Origin: a candidate division FCPU426 bacterium
Lineage (GTDB): Bacteria > Oederibacteriota > Muellerivitia > Muellerivitales > Muellerivitaceae
DNA: 64,000 bases
Reading direction: 5' to 3'
NCBI GenBank assembly: GCA_963847625.1
Contig: CAWKAR010000029.1
Location: 1-64,000 of the forward strand
Notes under the pieces: model-generated
Databases searched by the model: none
What the model was told of the DNA's origin: nothing
Seen by the model: only the letters and a program-made list of their open reading frames with translations
Shown here: one piece after another, positions 22,399-35,498 of the stretch
How positions within the stretch are numbered: position 1 is the first letter of the stretch
How the letters are laid out: each line of letters begins with the position of its first letter
Made by a program: the position numbers and the translations under genes

Positions 22399-23196
22399 TT
22401 ATCGGGAACATTCCGCATCCACCGATAGGGCCTGCCATTGCAGAATTTCCCCAATATGTCCGTGGATATACTGGCCGCCCTCCACGCCTTTTGTGCGTAG
22501 AAACTTTTCCAAAGAGGGAAGGGTCTCAAGTTGGTGCTGGTAGGCCACCGCCAAGCGCCAAAAACTCCAATGCCAAGGCTCATCGGCGATGATGCCTTTC
22601 TTCCCACGGTACACCTTGCAAAAGCCGAAGCGGGGCGCGTTCACTTCCATCCAATGGTAGAAATCCAGGACCCGCGACGAGATTTCCTCATCCGGCGTCA
22701 AAAGCTGTCCCCGTAGGGTTTTCTCTGAGATGTCCAGGTCTGTTCCCCAGTGGTGCCGCGAGAAACCCGGTACGGAGGTATATCTCATGACCGTCTTCAC
22801 CATTTTTTGATCGTCCCCAGTTTCGTCCTTGGTCGCCCTCTTGAAATACCGGTTCCAGAGCAGCCTTTGCCCCTCGAAGGAACGGTAACCGGAAACTAAG
22901 ACCAGTTCCCACCCATCCTTCGCGGCTTTTTCCCGCAGCTTCCAAAAGGCCTCCATCGCCGGTTTTACGGCCTGTTTTCCCGTTTTGGGGTCTGTGATCA
23001 TATCATCGGGTTTTCTCAAACCCACCAATTGGTCCGGTTCCAGGACCCTTGGCTTTTCCAAGGGTGTCAGCTGGGCAAAATCCGGGGGAAGGCTGCGGGA
23101 ATGGATGGCGCAACCCAATAGGGGTAGAACCAACACAAGAAAAAAAAGGGACCGACTGGACACCTTAATGGGAAAAGCAAAAATGGGCTTATTCAT
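22399..23196 (-). CDS. M15-family (VanY-like) D-Ala-D-Ala carboxypeptidase, probable lipoprotein
   Basis: SGYRS..Q, PGFSRHHWGTDLD (SxHxxGxxxD), EPWHW; lipobox LLGC. Confidence 0.88.
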   Translation of the reverse strand: MNKPIFAFPIKVSSRSLFFLVLVLPLLGCAIHSRSLPPDFAQLTPLEKPRVLEPDQLVGLRKPDDMITDPKTGKQAVKPAMEAFWKLREKAAKDGWELVLVSGYRSFEGQRLLWNRYFKRATKDETGDDQKMVKTVMRYTSVPGFSRHHWGTDLDISEKTLRGQLLTPDEEISSRVLDFYHWMEVNAPRFGFCKVYRGKKGIIADEPWHWSFWRLAVAYQHQLETLPSLEKFLRTKGVEGGQYIHGHIGEILQWQALSVDAECSR

Positions 23197-23227
23197 GGAG
23201 GCCTATCCTATAACGGTCGGTATGGGG

Positions 23228-23851
23228 CTACCGTAGGTCCTTCTTGGATAGAATTTTCAAATCCTTGTCCATCTCATAGACGCGGGGCACACCGGTGTCC
23301 AGGTTGAGCGCGATGACTTCTTCCTTAGTCAGATGGTCCAGGAACATCACGATGGACCGCAGCGAATTGCCGTGCGCTGACACCAGGACGTTCTTGCCCG
23401 TCCGCAGGTAAGGAACGATGTGGGACTCGTAATAAGGAAGGGTGCGGGCTGCGGTATCCTTGAGGGATTCAGAGTAACCCGTAGCATCCTTGGGCGGGGG
23501 AACGTCGTAACTGCGGCGCCAAATCTTGACTTGTTCATCCCCGTACTTCTGGGCCGTCTCGGCCTTGTTCAGTCCTTGCAATCCGCCATAATGCCGTTCG
23601 TTCAGGGCCTGGTCCATGAAAACGGGAATGTCCTTGAAGCCTGCGACCTGGAAGATAATTCCCAATGTTCTCTGTGCCCGCTGGAGGGCGGAAGTGAAGG
23701 CCACGTCGAACTTATAACCCTTCAGTTTCTCACCCGCCTTGTGGGCTTCCTCCTCGCCCAAGGGGCTAAGGGGTACATCGATCCAACCCGTGAATCGGTT
23801 TTCCAGGTTCCATTGGGATTGACCGTGGCGGACCAATACTAATATCGGCAT
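23228..23851 (-). CDS. gpmA: 2,3-bisphosphoglycerate-dependent phosphoglycerate mutase
   Basis: [30 protein letters not shown]. Confidence 0.95.
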   Translation of the reverse strand: MPILVLVRHGQSQWNLENRFTGWIDVPLSPLGEEEAHKAGEKLKGYKFDVAFTSALQRAQRTLGIIFQVAGFKDIPVFMDQALNERHYGGLQGLNKAETAQKYGDEQVKIWRRSYDVPPPKDATGYSESLKDTAARTLPYYESHIVPYLRTGKNVLVSAHGNSLRSIVMFLDHLTKEEVIALNLDTGVPRVYEMDKDLKILSKKDLR

Positions 23852-24141
23852 GTTGGGCCTCTTTTCACGTCAATATGACGCCGGATGTTAAAAAGATGGG
23901 AGATTTTAACCTCGGACTCGAAATTTGGAAAGATTAAATGCCCAGATAAAAATTACGGAACTATATACTTGGCAAAGCTTTTAAAAAACCCCTCCCCTTA
24001 TGGGTGAAAGTGACTTTAGATGATTTTTAAGGCATAGGTGCTTTATGGATTAGCATGTATCAGGATGTCTTGAACGTTTTCTTAACCTATTACATACTGT
24101 CACAACATTTATCCTGACTTGGGGTTGTTTTAGGAGGTTTT

Positions 24142-25245
24142 GTGCCAAAATCGGATGAAAAATGGATGGAGCTTGCCCTTCAACTCGCCCAAACCCGGGG
24201 CCGATATGCGTCGCCCAACCCCAAGGTGGGCGCGGTGTTGGTGAAAAACGGCCGGCTCATCGGGAAAGGCGGACATAGCCGATATGGGGGGCCGCACGCC
24301 GAAAGCCTGGCCCTTCGAGAAGCTGGGAGCAGGGCGAAGGAATCCACCCTCTACGTAAACCTGGAGCCCTGCAGTCACTTTGGAAAAACCCCTCCCTGTG
24401 TGGGTAGGATCATCCGGTCTGGGATCAAAAGAGTCGTGGCCGCCATGCAAGACCCATTCTCGCTCGTCAAGGGAAAAGGGTTTAAACTCCTGCGCCGGGC
24501 GGGAATCCAGGTCCGGGTAGGGCTCTTGGCTGGACGAGCCCATAAAATTAACGAGCCTTTCTTTTCCAGCATCAAGCGAAAGAGGCCCAAAGTCATCTTG
24601 AAGGCCGCCATCAGCTTGGACGGTAAAATCGCCACTTCCTCTGGAAAGTCCAAGTGGATCACGGGAGAAAAAGCTAGGTGCAAGGCGCACGAGCTCAGGG
24701 CACAATCTGACGCCATCCTGGTGGGAATCGGCACAGCCCTGCAAGATAACCCTTCCTTGACCCCCCGCCTGCCGGGATTCCATCGCAGGGACGGATGGCC
24801 CTTGAGGGTGGTATTGGACGGCCGTTTAAGGCTTCCCATCCGATCCAACCTCTTGAAGGGTGCGGCCAAAACGGTGGTATTTACATCAACCACCTCTTCT
24901 ATTCCGGCCCAAAGGCGATTGGAAAAGGCTGGCGCTCTTGTTTTTCGGGTGCCATCCCGGAAAAAAATGCTATCGTTAAAGGCTGTTTTAATGGTTCTCC
25001 ATAGCTTGAACGTAAGGACGCTTTTAGTGGAAGGGGGGAGCCGGGTCCACGCTTCCTGGATCGAGGAAGGCTTGGCCGATGAAGCGGTTCTCTTCCTTTC
25101 AAATAAGATCCTGGGTGGGACTGGCCCGAGCTGGGTTGGGATCGGGGGCGTTGAAAATCCCAATCAAGCTCTTAAATTAATGGATATTTCTTTTGAAAAA
25201 GTTGGGGAAGACTTCCAGTTGACTGGAAAGTTCAAGAAACTATAA
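24142..25245 (+). CDS. ribD: Riboflavin biosynthesis deaminase/reductase
   Basis: SPNPKVGAV, HAE, LEPCSHFGKTPPC, LVEGG. Confidence 0.95.
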   Translation: MPKSDEKWMELALQLAQTRGRYASPNPKVGAVLVKNGRLIGKGGHSRYGGPHAESLALREAGSRAKESTLYVNLEPCSHFGKTPPCVGRIIRSGIKRVVAAMQDPFSLVKGKGFKLLRRAGIQVRVGLLAGRAHKINEPFFSSIKRKRPKVILKAAISLDGKIATSSGKSKWITGEKARCKAHELRAQSDAILVGIGTALQDNPSLTPRLPGFHRRDGWPLRVVLDGRLRLPIRSNLLKGAAKTVVFTSTTSSIPAQRRLEKAGALVFRVPSRKKMLSLKAVLMVLHSLNVRTLLVEGGSRVHASWIEEGLADEAVLFLSNKILGGTGPSWVGIGGVENPNQALKLMDISFEKVGEDFQLTGKFKKL

Positions 25246-25294
25246 ATGCGCCTTTTATTTGGTGTTTTTAAATAATTTTCGTTAAGGGGTCGGG

Positions 25295-25906
25295 ATGTTC
25301 ACGGGTTTAATCCAGGAAGTGGGGAAGGTCCAAAAAACTGAAAAAAGCGGCAAGGATCTTTGGCTGACCTTGAAGGCTCCCTGGACCGCATCGCGCCTGA
25401 GGGTCGGGGACAGCGTTGCCGTCAACGGATGTTGCCTTACGGTGGTGGAACGGACTCCGCCCCTGATTTCTTTTCAGGCGGTTCCGGAGACCCTGGACCG
25501 GACGGTATTGGGTTCCCTGGCCGCGGGGTTCCCAGTCAATCTGGAGCTTCCTTTGACTCTATCGCAAACCTTGGGCGGACATTTCGTCCAGGGGCACGTG
25601 GATGGAATCGCCGAGATTTTGGAGATAAAACCCGAGGGCGAAGGCAAACGAATGGCGGTCAGGATCCCCGGGAACCTGGCGCGTTACGTGGTGGAAAAGG
25701 GAAGCATTGCGCTGAACGGCATCAGCTTGACGGTTGCCTCAATCCGGGAGGACCGGGTGGAAGTTGCCCTCATTCCCCATACCATGGAAAACACCGACTT
25801 GAAAACCAAGAAGCCGGGGGACAGGCTCGATGTAGAGGTGGACATGCTGGCCAAACACCTGGAAAAACTTACGGCGGGTTATCGAACGGCGGGGGGAACC
25901 TCATGA
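25295..25906 (+). CDS. ribE: Riboflavin synthase (alpha chain)
   Basis: MFTGLI, GDSVAVNGCCLTV, GGHFVQGHVD, KGSIALNGISLTV. Confidence 0.95.
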   Translation: MFTGLIQEVGKVQKTEKSGKDLWLTLKAPWTASRLRVGDSVAVNGCCLTVVERTPPLISFQAVPETLDRTVLGSLAAGFPVNLELPLTLSQTLGGHFVQGHVDGIAEILEIKPEGEGKRMAVRIPGNLARYVVEKGSIALNGISLTVASIREDRVEVALIPHTMENTDLKTKKPGDRLDVEVDMLAKHLEKLTAGYRTAGGTS

Positions 25907-26337
25907 AGGTCGAAAAAATTGAAGGCGGGGATGGCGGAAAAAAACCCCAACCCATCGCGCCTCTGTTCGCTCCGGCGGTCAAAGAACGCATTGAAAAGGT
26001 ATTGGACCCCGTGCTGAGGGCTGAAATGGCCACGATGATCGCGGAAGTGGAGGATAAGGGAAAAAGGCTTTACGCCTCCAAGGGACGGAAGGAATTCCAG
26101 GATTACAAGGCTGCTATAAAAAAGTTCATGAGCAAGGTGGTGAACAACTCTTTCCGCCTCCAGGAGAAGCATGGGAGGAAAAAAGACGGGAAATTCGTCG
26201 TTTACTTGACCATGGAAAAGGTGGACGAGGCCCTGGAAAACCTGGGCCAACTGCTTTTGGTCGGGCAGCAGGACTCCATGAAGATCATCTCCACTCTGGA
26301 CGAGATCCGGGGAATGCTTTTGGATTTATACCTATAG
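25903..26337 (+). CDS. YaaR/DUF327-family protein
   Basis: ATGA overlap with the ribE stop; KGKRL..YKAAIKKFM..EKVDEALENL..LDEIRGMLLDLY pattern. Confidence 0.8.
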   Translation: MKVEKIEGGDGGKKPQPIAPLFAPAVKERIEKVLDPVLRAEMATMIAEVEDKGKRLYASKGRKEFQDYKAAIKKFMSKVVNNSFRLQEKHGRKKDGKFVVYLTMEKVDEALENLGQLLLVGQQDSMKIISTLDEIRGMLLDLYL

Positions 26338-26398
26338 AAGACTCTGATTAAACCTATCTAAGTATGTTCCGCTTATTCGTCGTGAAAAGAGCTCTGGA

Positions 26399-27628
26399 AT
26401 GGAAAAAAAACGAGTTGAAAAGGCCATGGGGGATATCCGCCAGGGCCGCATGGTCGTCGTGGTGGACGACGAACACCGTGAGAACGAGGGCGACCTGGTC
26501 ATGGCGGCCCAGTTTGTCACTCCGGAAGCCGTCAATTTCATGGCCAAGGAAGGCCGGGGCTTGATTTGCGTGCCCATGGTGGCCGAGGACCTTGACCGTC
26601 TGGGATTGTCCCTGATGGTGAACCGCCAAGAGGACAACTTTCGAACGGCATTCACCGTTTCAGTTGACGCCAAGGCCGGCGTCACGACGGGAATCTCAGC
26701 GCACGACCGCTCTTTTACCATCAAGGTCATGGCCAACGCCGCCTCCAAGCCCTCAGACCTGGTCCGGCCCGGGCATGTTTTTCCACTCATATACCGCGAG
26801 GGGGGGGTCCTGAGGCGAGCTGGCCACACCGAGGCCGTCATCGACCTGGTTCGCATGGCGGGATTAAGGCCCGTGGGGGTGATTTGCGAGATCATGAAGG
26901 ACGACGGCAGCATGGCCCGCATGGGAGACCTGGAGGTTTTTTCAAAACGCTACGGTCTCACCCTTGTCACCATCGCCGAACTCATTCATTACCGCCGCGA
27001 GAAGGAAAAGCTGGTCCAGCGGGTGCTGGAAGTCCCTCTTCCCACCGAGACCGGCGAATGGAAATTGATCGTTTACCGGACGGCCACCGAGGATGACGAC
27101 AGCCTCGCCCTGGTCAAGGGAGACCTGTCCGGCGAACCGGTCCTGGTGCGCGTGCATTCTGAATGCCTGACCGGCGACGTGTTCCACTCGCTTCGGTGCG
27201 ATTGCGGCTCCCAACTTCACGCGGCCATGGCCCGTATCGAAAAGGAAGGCAGGGGGCTGGTGCTGTACATGCGTCAGGAGGGAAGGGGAATCGGCCTCCT
27301 GAACAAGCTGAGGGCCTACCAGTTGCAGGATCAGGGGTTGGATACGGTGGAAGCCAATGAAAAACTGGGGTTTCCGGCGGACCTCCGGAACTACGGCATC
27401 GGGGCCCAGATCCTGGTGGACCTGGGCGTGGAGGAAATACGTCTCCTGACCAACAACCCCAAGAAAATCGTGGGACTCGAGGGGTACGGCTTAAGGGTGG
27501 TGGAACGTGTTCCCATCGAGATTCCGCCGAATGCGGTCAACGCCCGGTATCTGGACGCCAAACGGTCTAAAATGGGACATATTTTAAACAAAAAAAGCGA
27601 ACGGGACCCGCCGGAGGGGCTAAAATGA
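26399..27628 (+). CDS. ribBA: Bifunctional DHBP synthase / GTP cyclohydrolase II
   Basis: [52 protein letters not shown]. Confidence 0.96.
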   Translation: MEKKRVEKAMGDIRQGRMVVVVDDEHRENEGDLVMAAQFVTPEAVNFMAKEGRGLICVPMVAEDLDRLGLSLMVNRQEDNFRTAFTVSVDAKAGVTTGISAHDRSFTIKVMANAASKPSDLVRPGHVFPLIYREGGVLRRAGHTEAVIDLVRMAGLRPVGVICEIMKDDGSMARMGDLEVFSKRYGLTLVTIAELIHYRREKEKLVQRVLEVPLPTETGEWKLIVYRTATEDDDSLALVKGDLSGEPVLVRVHSECLTGDVFHSLRCDCGSQLHAAMARIEKEGRGLVLYMRQEGRGIGLLNKLRAYQLQDQGLDTVEANEKLGFPADLRNYGIGAQILVDLGVEEIRLLTNNPKKIVGLEGYGLRVVERVPIEIPPNAVNARYLDAKRSKMGHILNKKSERDPPEGLK

Positions 27629-28095
27629 AAAACATTGTTTACGAGGGAACTCCCGAGGGGACCGGAAAGCGCGTGGCGGTGGTGGTGAGCCGTTATAACG
27701 ATCTCATCACGCGCAGGCTCCTGGAAGGGGCTTTGGAAACGCTATCCCGCCAAGGGGTGAAAGGCCAGAACGTGGAAGTGGCCTGGGTTCCCGGGGCCTG
27801 GGAAATACCGGTGGTAGCCCGGAAATTGGCGAAGACGGGCCGGTTTGACGGCATCATTGCGTTGGGCGCGATTATCCGGGGAGAGACCACCCACCACGAG
27901 GTGATCGGACGTGAGGTGTCGGCGGGTCTCAGGCGATTGGCCGAGGATACTGGCCTGCCGGTGGCCCTCGGGGTTCTGACCACCGAGAACCTGGAGCAAG
28001 CCCTGGCCCGGGTGGGCGAGGGGTTGGACAATAAAGGCACCGAAGCGGCCCTTCATCTCCTGGACACGCTTTCGGTATTGGGACAGATTCACTAA
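27625..28095 (+). CDS. ribH: 6,7-dimethyl-8-ribityllumazine synthase
   Basis: [30 protein letters not shown]. Confidence 0.94.
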   Translation: MKNIVYEGTPEGTGKRVAVVVSRYNDLITRRLLEGALETLSRQGVKGQNVEVAWVPGAWEIPVVARKLAKTGRFDGIIALGAIIRGETTHHEVIGREVSAGLRRLAEDTGLPVALGVLTTENLEQALARVGEGLDNKGTEAALHLLDTLSVLGQIH

Positions 28096-28131
28096 ACCAA
28101 AATCCGGATTTTCTGGTTTCAAAGGCGAAAA

Positions 28132-28539
28132 ATGGGTTTAAAACGAAGGACACGCGAACTGGCATTACAGATGCTTTTTCAGATGGACCTGGGTACCGTC
28201 CAGCTGAAGGACTTGGAGGCGATTTTCCTTCCGCAGGCCAGCGCCCCGGAAGCCGCCAAGATCATGGCCTTGCGCCTGGTCAAGAGTACCTGGGATTGCG
28301 TCGCCGAGATCGACCGGCGTCTTCGGGAACTGGCGGAGAACTGGGACTTGACACGCATGGCGGCGGTTGACCGCAACATCCTGCGAATGGCCGCCTATGA
28401 AATCCTATACGAGAAGGATATACCAAAATCGGTGGCCATCAACGAGGCCATCGAAATAGTCAAGAAGTTCAGCACCGTGGAATCCGGAAAGTTCGTAAAC
28501 GGCATCTTGGACAAACTGGATAAAGTTCAAAGCAATTGA
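28132..28539 (+). CDS. nusB: Transcription antitermination factor NusB
   Basis: RRTRELALQMLFQ, VDRNILR, VAINEAIEI, FVNGILD. Confidence 0.95.
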   Translation: MGLKRRTRELALQMLFQMDLGTVQLKDLEAIFLPQASAPEAAKIMALRLVKSTWDCVAEIDRRLRELAENWDLTRMAAVDRNILRMAAYEILYEKDIPKSVAINEAIEIVKKFSTVESGKFVNGILDKLDKVQSN

Positions 28540-28647
28540 GGGTTATCAACCGTCCGTTGGAGATTGGAAGCTGACGGCTTATATGTCAATTTGTTTTTAT
28601 TCGTGAACTTCTGTTTTCTCATCTACTGCTTGTAATAGGGGTTTGAA

Positions 28648-28998
28648 TTGGAAATTGACATTCCTCAGGATATAAGAGCCTTCATCGACGAAGTCGTGGA
28701 TTCCTTCGTCATGTGGGATCTTTTGATCTATTTCTCAAAAAAACAGGATGTATCAGAGCCTCCTGAGGATGTCGTACGGCTTTTGGGCAGGTCGATGGAG
28801 GATGTGCTCAAACCCTTCGAAAGATTGGAAAAGATGGAAATTCTTATCCAGGAAAAAAATCCTGAGGGGAAGAATTTAGGCCGCCTGAACCTTCAAACTC
28901 CTTTTCTCCCGGCCTTGAAAAAATTCTGGGAATACAACGAGCGCCAGGAAAACCGACTGCGGATATTGAGCTACCTCCTGCACAAAAAAGCCCGGTAG
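28648..28998 (+). CDS. Hypothetical protein, possibly winged-helix
   Basis: Intact ORF; helical pattern PEDVVRLLGRSMEDV...LEKMEIL. Confidence 0.6.
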   Translation: MEIDIPQDIRAFIDEVVDSFVMWDLLIYFSKKQDVSEPPEDVVRLLGRSMEDVLKPFERLEKMEILIQEKNPEGKNLGRLNLQTPFLPALKKFWEYNERQENRLRILSYLLHKKAR

Positions 28999-29152
28999 CA
29001 CGTCCGGCGAGAGCCAATCGATGGATCCCAAAGCCCGTTTACGAATTTTTACCCCTAAACGCTGACTACCCAACATTTTTCCAAGCCAATCCGGGTTGAT
29101 TTCATAAAGTCCGTGTTAAAATAGGTCGTCGTATTTCCCGTCTGGGAGTCAT

Positions 29153-29884
29153 ATGCGTTACGGCATTTTTTCGGATATCCACAGCAACTTGGAAGCCATG
29201 ACCGCGGTTGCAGCGGCCATGAAGGCCGAAGGCGCCCAGGAATACTTATGCCTCGGCGATTTTGTGGGCTATTACGCCAATCCCGTCGAGGTCATCGAAC
29301 TTATCGAATCCCTCTGCTGCTGGAAGATGGTCCTGGGCAACCACGATTCAGGCTGTTTGGGAAAAACCCCCTTGGCCAAATTCAACCCGCCCGCCGCCCA
29401 GGCTTTGACTTGGACTCGGGAGCGCCTGAAACCCCAGCACATCAAATTCCTGGAGAGCTTGCGCCTGCGGGAGGAAATCGGCGAGATCCAATTGGTGCAT
29501 TCGTCACCCTTTCAAAGCGGGGAATGGCATTACTTGATTAAGAAAGAAGATATTGAGAATAATTTCCGCTACTTTGAAGGAGTCCTTTGCCTCTTCGGAC
29601 ACATTCATGCGCCTTACATTGCCGAGCAGAAATCGGACGGGACGGTGGAGGTGCTGAAGGACCAGGAATACGTGCTCAAAAGCGATTGCCGGTACCTGGT
29701 GAACGCAGGAAGCGTAGGCCAGCCGCGGGACGGGGATCCCCGTACCTGCTACGTTATGTACGACTCTTCCACCCGGAAAATTTCCATCCGACGCATCGAA
29801 TACGACTATGAAACTACGATGAAAAAAACCCTCGCCGCCGGATTATCCGATTACCTTGCCAATCGCTTGAAGACAGGGAAATAA
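29153..29884 (+). CDS. Calcineurin-like metallophosphoesterase
   Basis: SDIHSN, LGDFVGY, GNHD, GHIH, NAGSVGQPRDGD. Confidence 0.92.
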   Translation: MRYGIFSDIHSNLEAMTAVAAAMKAEGAQEYLCLGDFVGYYANPVEVIELIESLCCWKMVLGNHDSGCLGKTPLAKFNPPAAQALTWTRERLKPQHIKFLESLRLREEIGEIQLVHSSPFQSGEWHYLIKKEDIENNFRYFEGVLCLFGHIHAPYIAEQKSDGTVEVLKDQEYVLKSDCRYLVNAGSVGQPRDGDPRTCYVMYDSSTRKISIRRIEYDYETTMKKTLAAGLSDYLANRLKTGK

Positions 29885-30028
29885 TCCGATTGAAGTTCAA
29901 GCCTAACTTGTGCAGAAAAAATATGATTATCAAACTACTAGATAGAGTAGTAAATTCCCTTTCATCCGTATAAAGACTCCAAAATAAACAGCCTCCATTT
30001 CTTGTGCTAAGGTTGATTTCCTGGTTAA

Positions 30029-32083
<2,055 letters not shown>

Positions 32084-32095
32084 AAAGGAATAACC

Positions 32096-32596
32096 ATGAG
32101 AAGAATCATTTTTACCGGGTTTATCTGCGCGCTTGCATGTTTCTCTCTCCTAGTTACTTCCGCGCAAGCCAATTCTATTCTCTCAAGCACACCGACGTCT
32201 AAGCCATCCGGCCTGGACCAGGCCCTGACCTCGGAGGTGAATGATTTGGAAAAAGCCAAAAGCGAAGTACAGGCCTTGAAGGACGCTTGGGACCGGTCCC
32301 GCCTGGAAGCCACCCTGTACGAAAAGCGGGCCAAACGGGCTTACCTGCGATGGGTGAAGGCCGCGAAGAATGTGAAAGCTGAGGCCCAAGAACGGAAGGA
32401 AAAGGCGGAATTGGAACTGCAACTAGCCGTGGAGAAAAGGAAGCTGGCTTACAGCTTTTGGCAAACCTCGGTTTTTAAGCAGGCTGCCAAAGAATCGGAA
32501 GTGAAGGCCCTCGCTCAGCAAAAAGACACGGTTGGAATTAAGGAAAAAATCAAACAGTTGGAAACAAAGCTAGGCCCGCCCAAGGAAAACAATTGA
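32096..32596 (+). CDS. Hypothetical secreted coiled-coil protein
   Basis: Signal peptide (..SAQA) followed by K/E/A-rich heptads. Confidence 0.7.
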   Translation: MRRIIFTGFICALACFSLLVTSAQANSILSSTPTSKPSGLDQALTSEVNDLEKAKSEVQALKDAWDRSRLEATLYEKRAKRAYLRWVKAAKNVKAEAQERKEKAELELQLAVEKRKLAYSFWQTSVFKQAAKESEVKALAQQKDTVGIKEKIKQLETKLGPPKENN

Positions 32597-32757
32597 AAAG
32601 ACTCGATGAGCTGGCGGGTTTTAGCTGTTGGTTAAACAGCGTGTTATCAATTGTAGTTCATTTGAAATAAATCCCTGATAAACATCCCGCCTTGAACGAC
32701 CCCCATAAAGCCCTTATACTTAACCGTCTTTGCCACATTTCCTGAAATAGAGGTTCC

Positions 32758-35425
32758 ATGATTAACCTGATTTTAACCAAGATGTTTGGAAGCAAAAACG
32801 AGCGTGAAATCAAGAAAATCCGGCCCAGGGTGCTGGATATCAACGATTTCGAGCCGAAATTGCAGGCACTTTCCGACGAGGGCCTGAAGGCCAAAACCAA
32901 CGAGTTCAAGGACCGCCTGACCCACGGCGAAACCCTGGACGATCTCCTGCCCGAGGTTTTCGCTGTGGTGAGGGAAGCTTCCAAAAGGACCCTAGGACTG
33001 CGCCATTTCGACGTGCAGATGCTGGGGGGCATGGTTCTGCACTCCGGCCGTATCTCGGAAATGAAGACGGGGGAGGGAAAAACCCTGGTGGCCACCCTGC
33101 CGGTTTACCTGAATGCCTTGGAGGGCAAGGGCGTGCACGTGGTCACGGTCAACGACTACCTGGCCGAACGCGACAGCCTGGGCCTCGGCAACTTCAAGGG
33201 CATGGCCAACGTTTACAGCTTCCTGGGCATGTCTTGCGGCGTCATCAAGCACGGCCTCTCCTACCAGCAGCGCAAGGAGGCCTACGCCTGCGACATCACC
33301 TACGGCACCAACAACGAAATGGGGTTCGACTACCTTCGCGACAACATGGCCACCTCCATGGAATACGTGGTCCAGCGGGACCTGCATTACGCCATCGTGG
33401 ACGAGGTGGACAGCATCCTGGTGGACGAGGCCCGCACCCCCCTGATCATCTCCGGGCCCTCCGAGGAATCCACCGACCTTTACTACCGGATCGACCGCAT
33501 CATCCCCGCCCTCAAAAAAGGGCCGGATTACGACATCGAGGAAAAGACCCGTGTCGGCCTTCCTCACCGAGCCGGGCGTGAGGCACGTGGAACAGCTCCT
33601 GAAGGTGGACAACCTCTACGACCACAAGAACGTGCAACTGGTGCATCACGTGGACCAAGCCCTGAAGGCCCATGCGATTTTCAAGACGCGACGTGGACTA
33701 TATCGTGAAGGATGGGGAAGTCATCATCGTGGACGAGTTCACGGGCCGCATCATGCCGGGCCGGCGCTACTCGGACGGCCTTCACCAGGCCCTGGAGGCC
33801 AAGGAGAAGGTCAAGATCGAGGCCGAAAACCAGACCCTAGCCACCATCACCTTCCAGAATTTCTTCCGGATGTACAAGAAACTTGCCGGCATGACGGGCA
33901 CCGCCGAGACCGAGGCCGCCGAGTTCAAGGAAATCTACAAGCTGGACGTGATTTGCGTTCCCACCCACATGCCCATGGTCCGCAAGGACGAGTCCGACGC
34001 GGTTTACCGCACCCAGAAGGAGAAATTCAACGCCATCGTGGAAGAAATCGTCGAGATGAACGAGAAAAAACAGCCGGTGCTCGTGGGCACGGTTTCCATC
34101 GAGAAGAACGAACTGCTTTCCGCCATGCTCAAGAAGCGCGGGGTCAAGCACGAGGTCCTGAACGCCAAGTTCCACGAACGCGAGGCTGAGATCATCGCGC
34201 TGGCCGGACAGCCAGGCGCGGTCACCATCGCCACCAACATGGCGGGGCGCGGCACTGACATCGTTTTGGGGCCCGGCGTCAAGGAACTGGGCGGCCTCGC
34301 GGTCCTGGGAACGGAGCGGCACGAGAGCCGCCGAATCGACAACCAATTGCGCGGCCGGTCAGGCCGGCAGGGCGACCCGGGGTTCTCCCTCTTTTACGTG
34401 GCGCTCGAGGACGACCTCATGCGCATTTTCGGCTGAGCGACCGCCTCAAAAACTGGATGACCAAGCTGGGCATGCAGGAAGGCGAGGTCATCTCCCATCC
34501 CTGGGTTTCCAAGTCCATCGAACGGTCCCAGAAAGCGGTGGAAGGCCACAACTTCGACATCAGGAAGCACCTTCTGGAATACGACGACGTCATGAACAAG
34601 CAGAGGGAGCGCATCTACAAGGAACGCAACCGGGTCCTCCACGAGGGGGACATCCGCTCCCACATGATCCAGATCGTGGAGGACGTGGCCGCGGATGGCG
34701 TCGAGGTCTACATGCCCGAAAAATCCAAGTCCGACGAATGGGATATCCCGGGCTTGATGAAGTGGTATAGGGGCATCTTCCAGACAGAGCTCGTTTGGAA
34801 CCTGGAAAACATCAAGTTGATGGATCGCGAGGGCATATTCAAGGCCCTTCAGGATGAGATGGTGAAGGCGTACGAGACCAAGGAAAAGGCCCTCACGCCC
34901 CAGGTCATGCGCACCCTGGAACGGGCCATCCTTTTGGAAGTCATCGACAACCAGTGGAAGGACCACCTGCTTTCCATGGACCACATGAAGGAAGGCATCG
35001 GACTGCAATCCTACGGCGGCAAGGATCCCCTCATCGAGTACAAGAGGGAAGGCTTGTCGCTGTTCATGGAGATGCTGGGCCGGATCGAGGAGGATACTCT
35101 CAAGCTCATCTTCCTGGTCCAGACCGTGAAGTCCTCCGACCAGCTGTTTGGCCAGGCCCCGTCTGTTATGAAGGAAGAACACCCCGAATTCGACTACAAC
35201 TCGGCCATGGCCCAGCAACCGGCGCCCCAACCCGTGCTCGTGGCCCCGGGATTACCGCCCGGAATGGGGCCCCCTCCGGGCATGGAACAGTGGCAGGCCC
35301 AGGGCAGCCAACCCCAACCCCAGGCCAAGGTAGCCCCCTTTCGCAGGGAAGGACCCAAGGTCGGCCGCAACGAGCCCTGCTGGTGCGGGAGTGGCAAAAA
35401 GTTTAAGAAGTGTCACGGAACTTAA
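32758..35425 (+). CDS. secA: Preprotein translocase SecA, reading frame broken in three places (probably sequence errors)
   Basis: [14 protein letters not shown] (32758..), [15 protein letters not shown] (33551..), [31 protein letters not shown] (33672..), [23 protein letters not shown] (34457..35425); frame changes near 33550, 33686 and 34434. Confidence 0.95.
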
Positions 35426-35498
35426 GTTTTTGGTGTCATTGTTTTGCCCCCGATTTCGCAGCTCGCATTGGCGGAATTTAATAAAAGGAAAAACGACC

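Noticed and set aside
23852..24141. FMN riboswitch upstream of ribD
   Set aside because: Only a short GGGTGAAA resemblance; the conserved RFN elements are not present.
33540..34440. Programmed ribosomal frameshifting in secA
   Set aside because: Three independent shifts without slippery heptamers; sequence error is more parsimonious.
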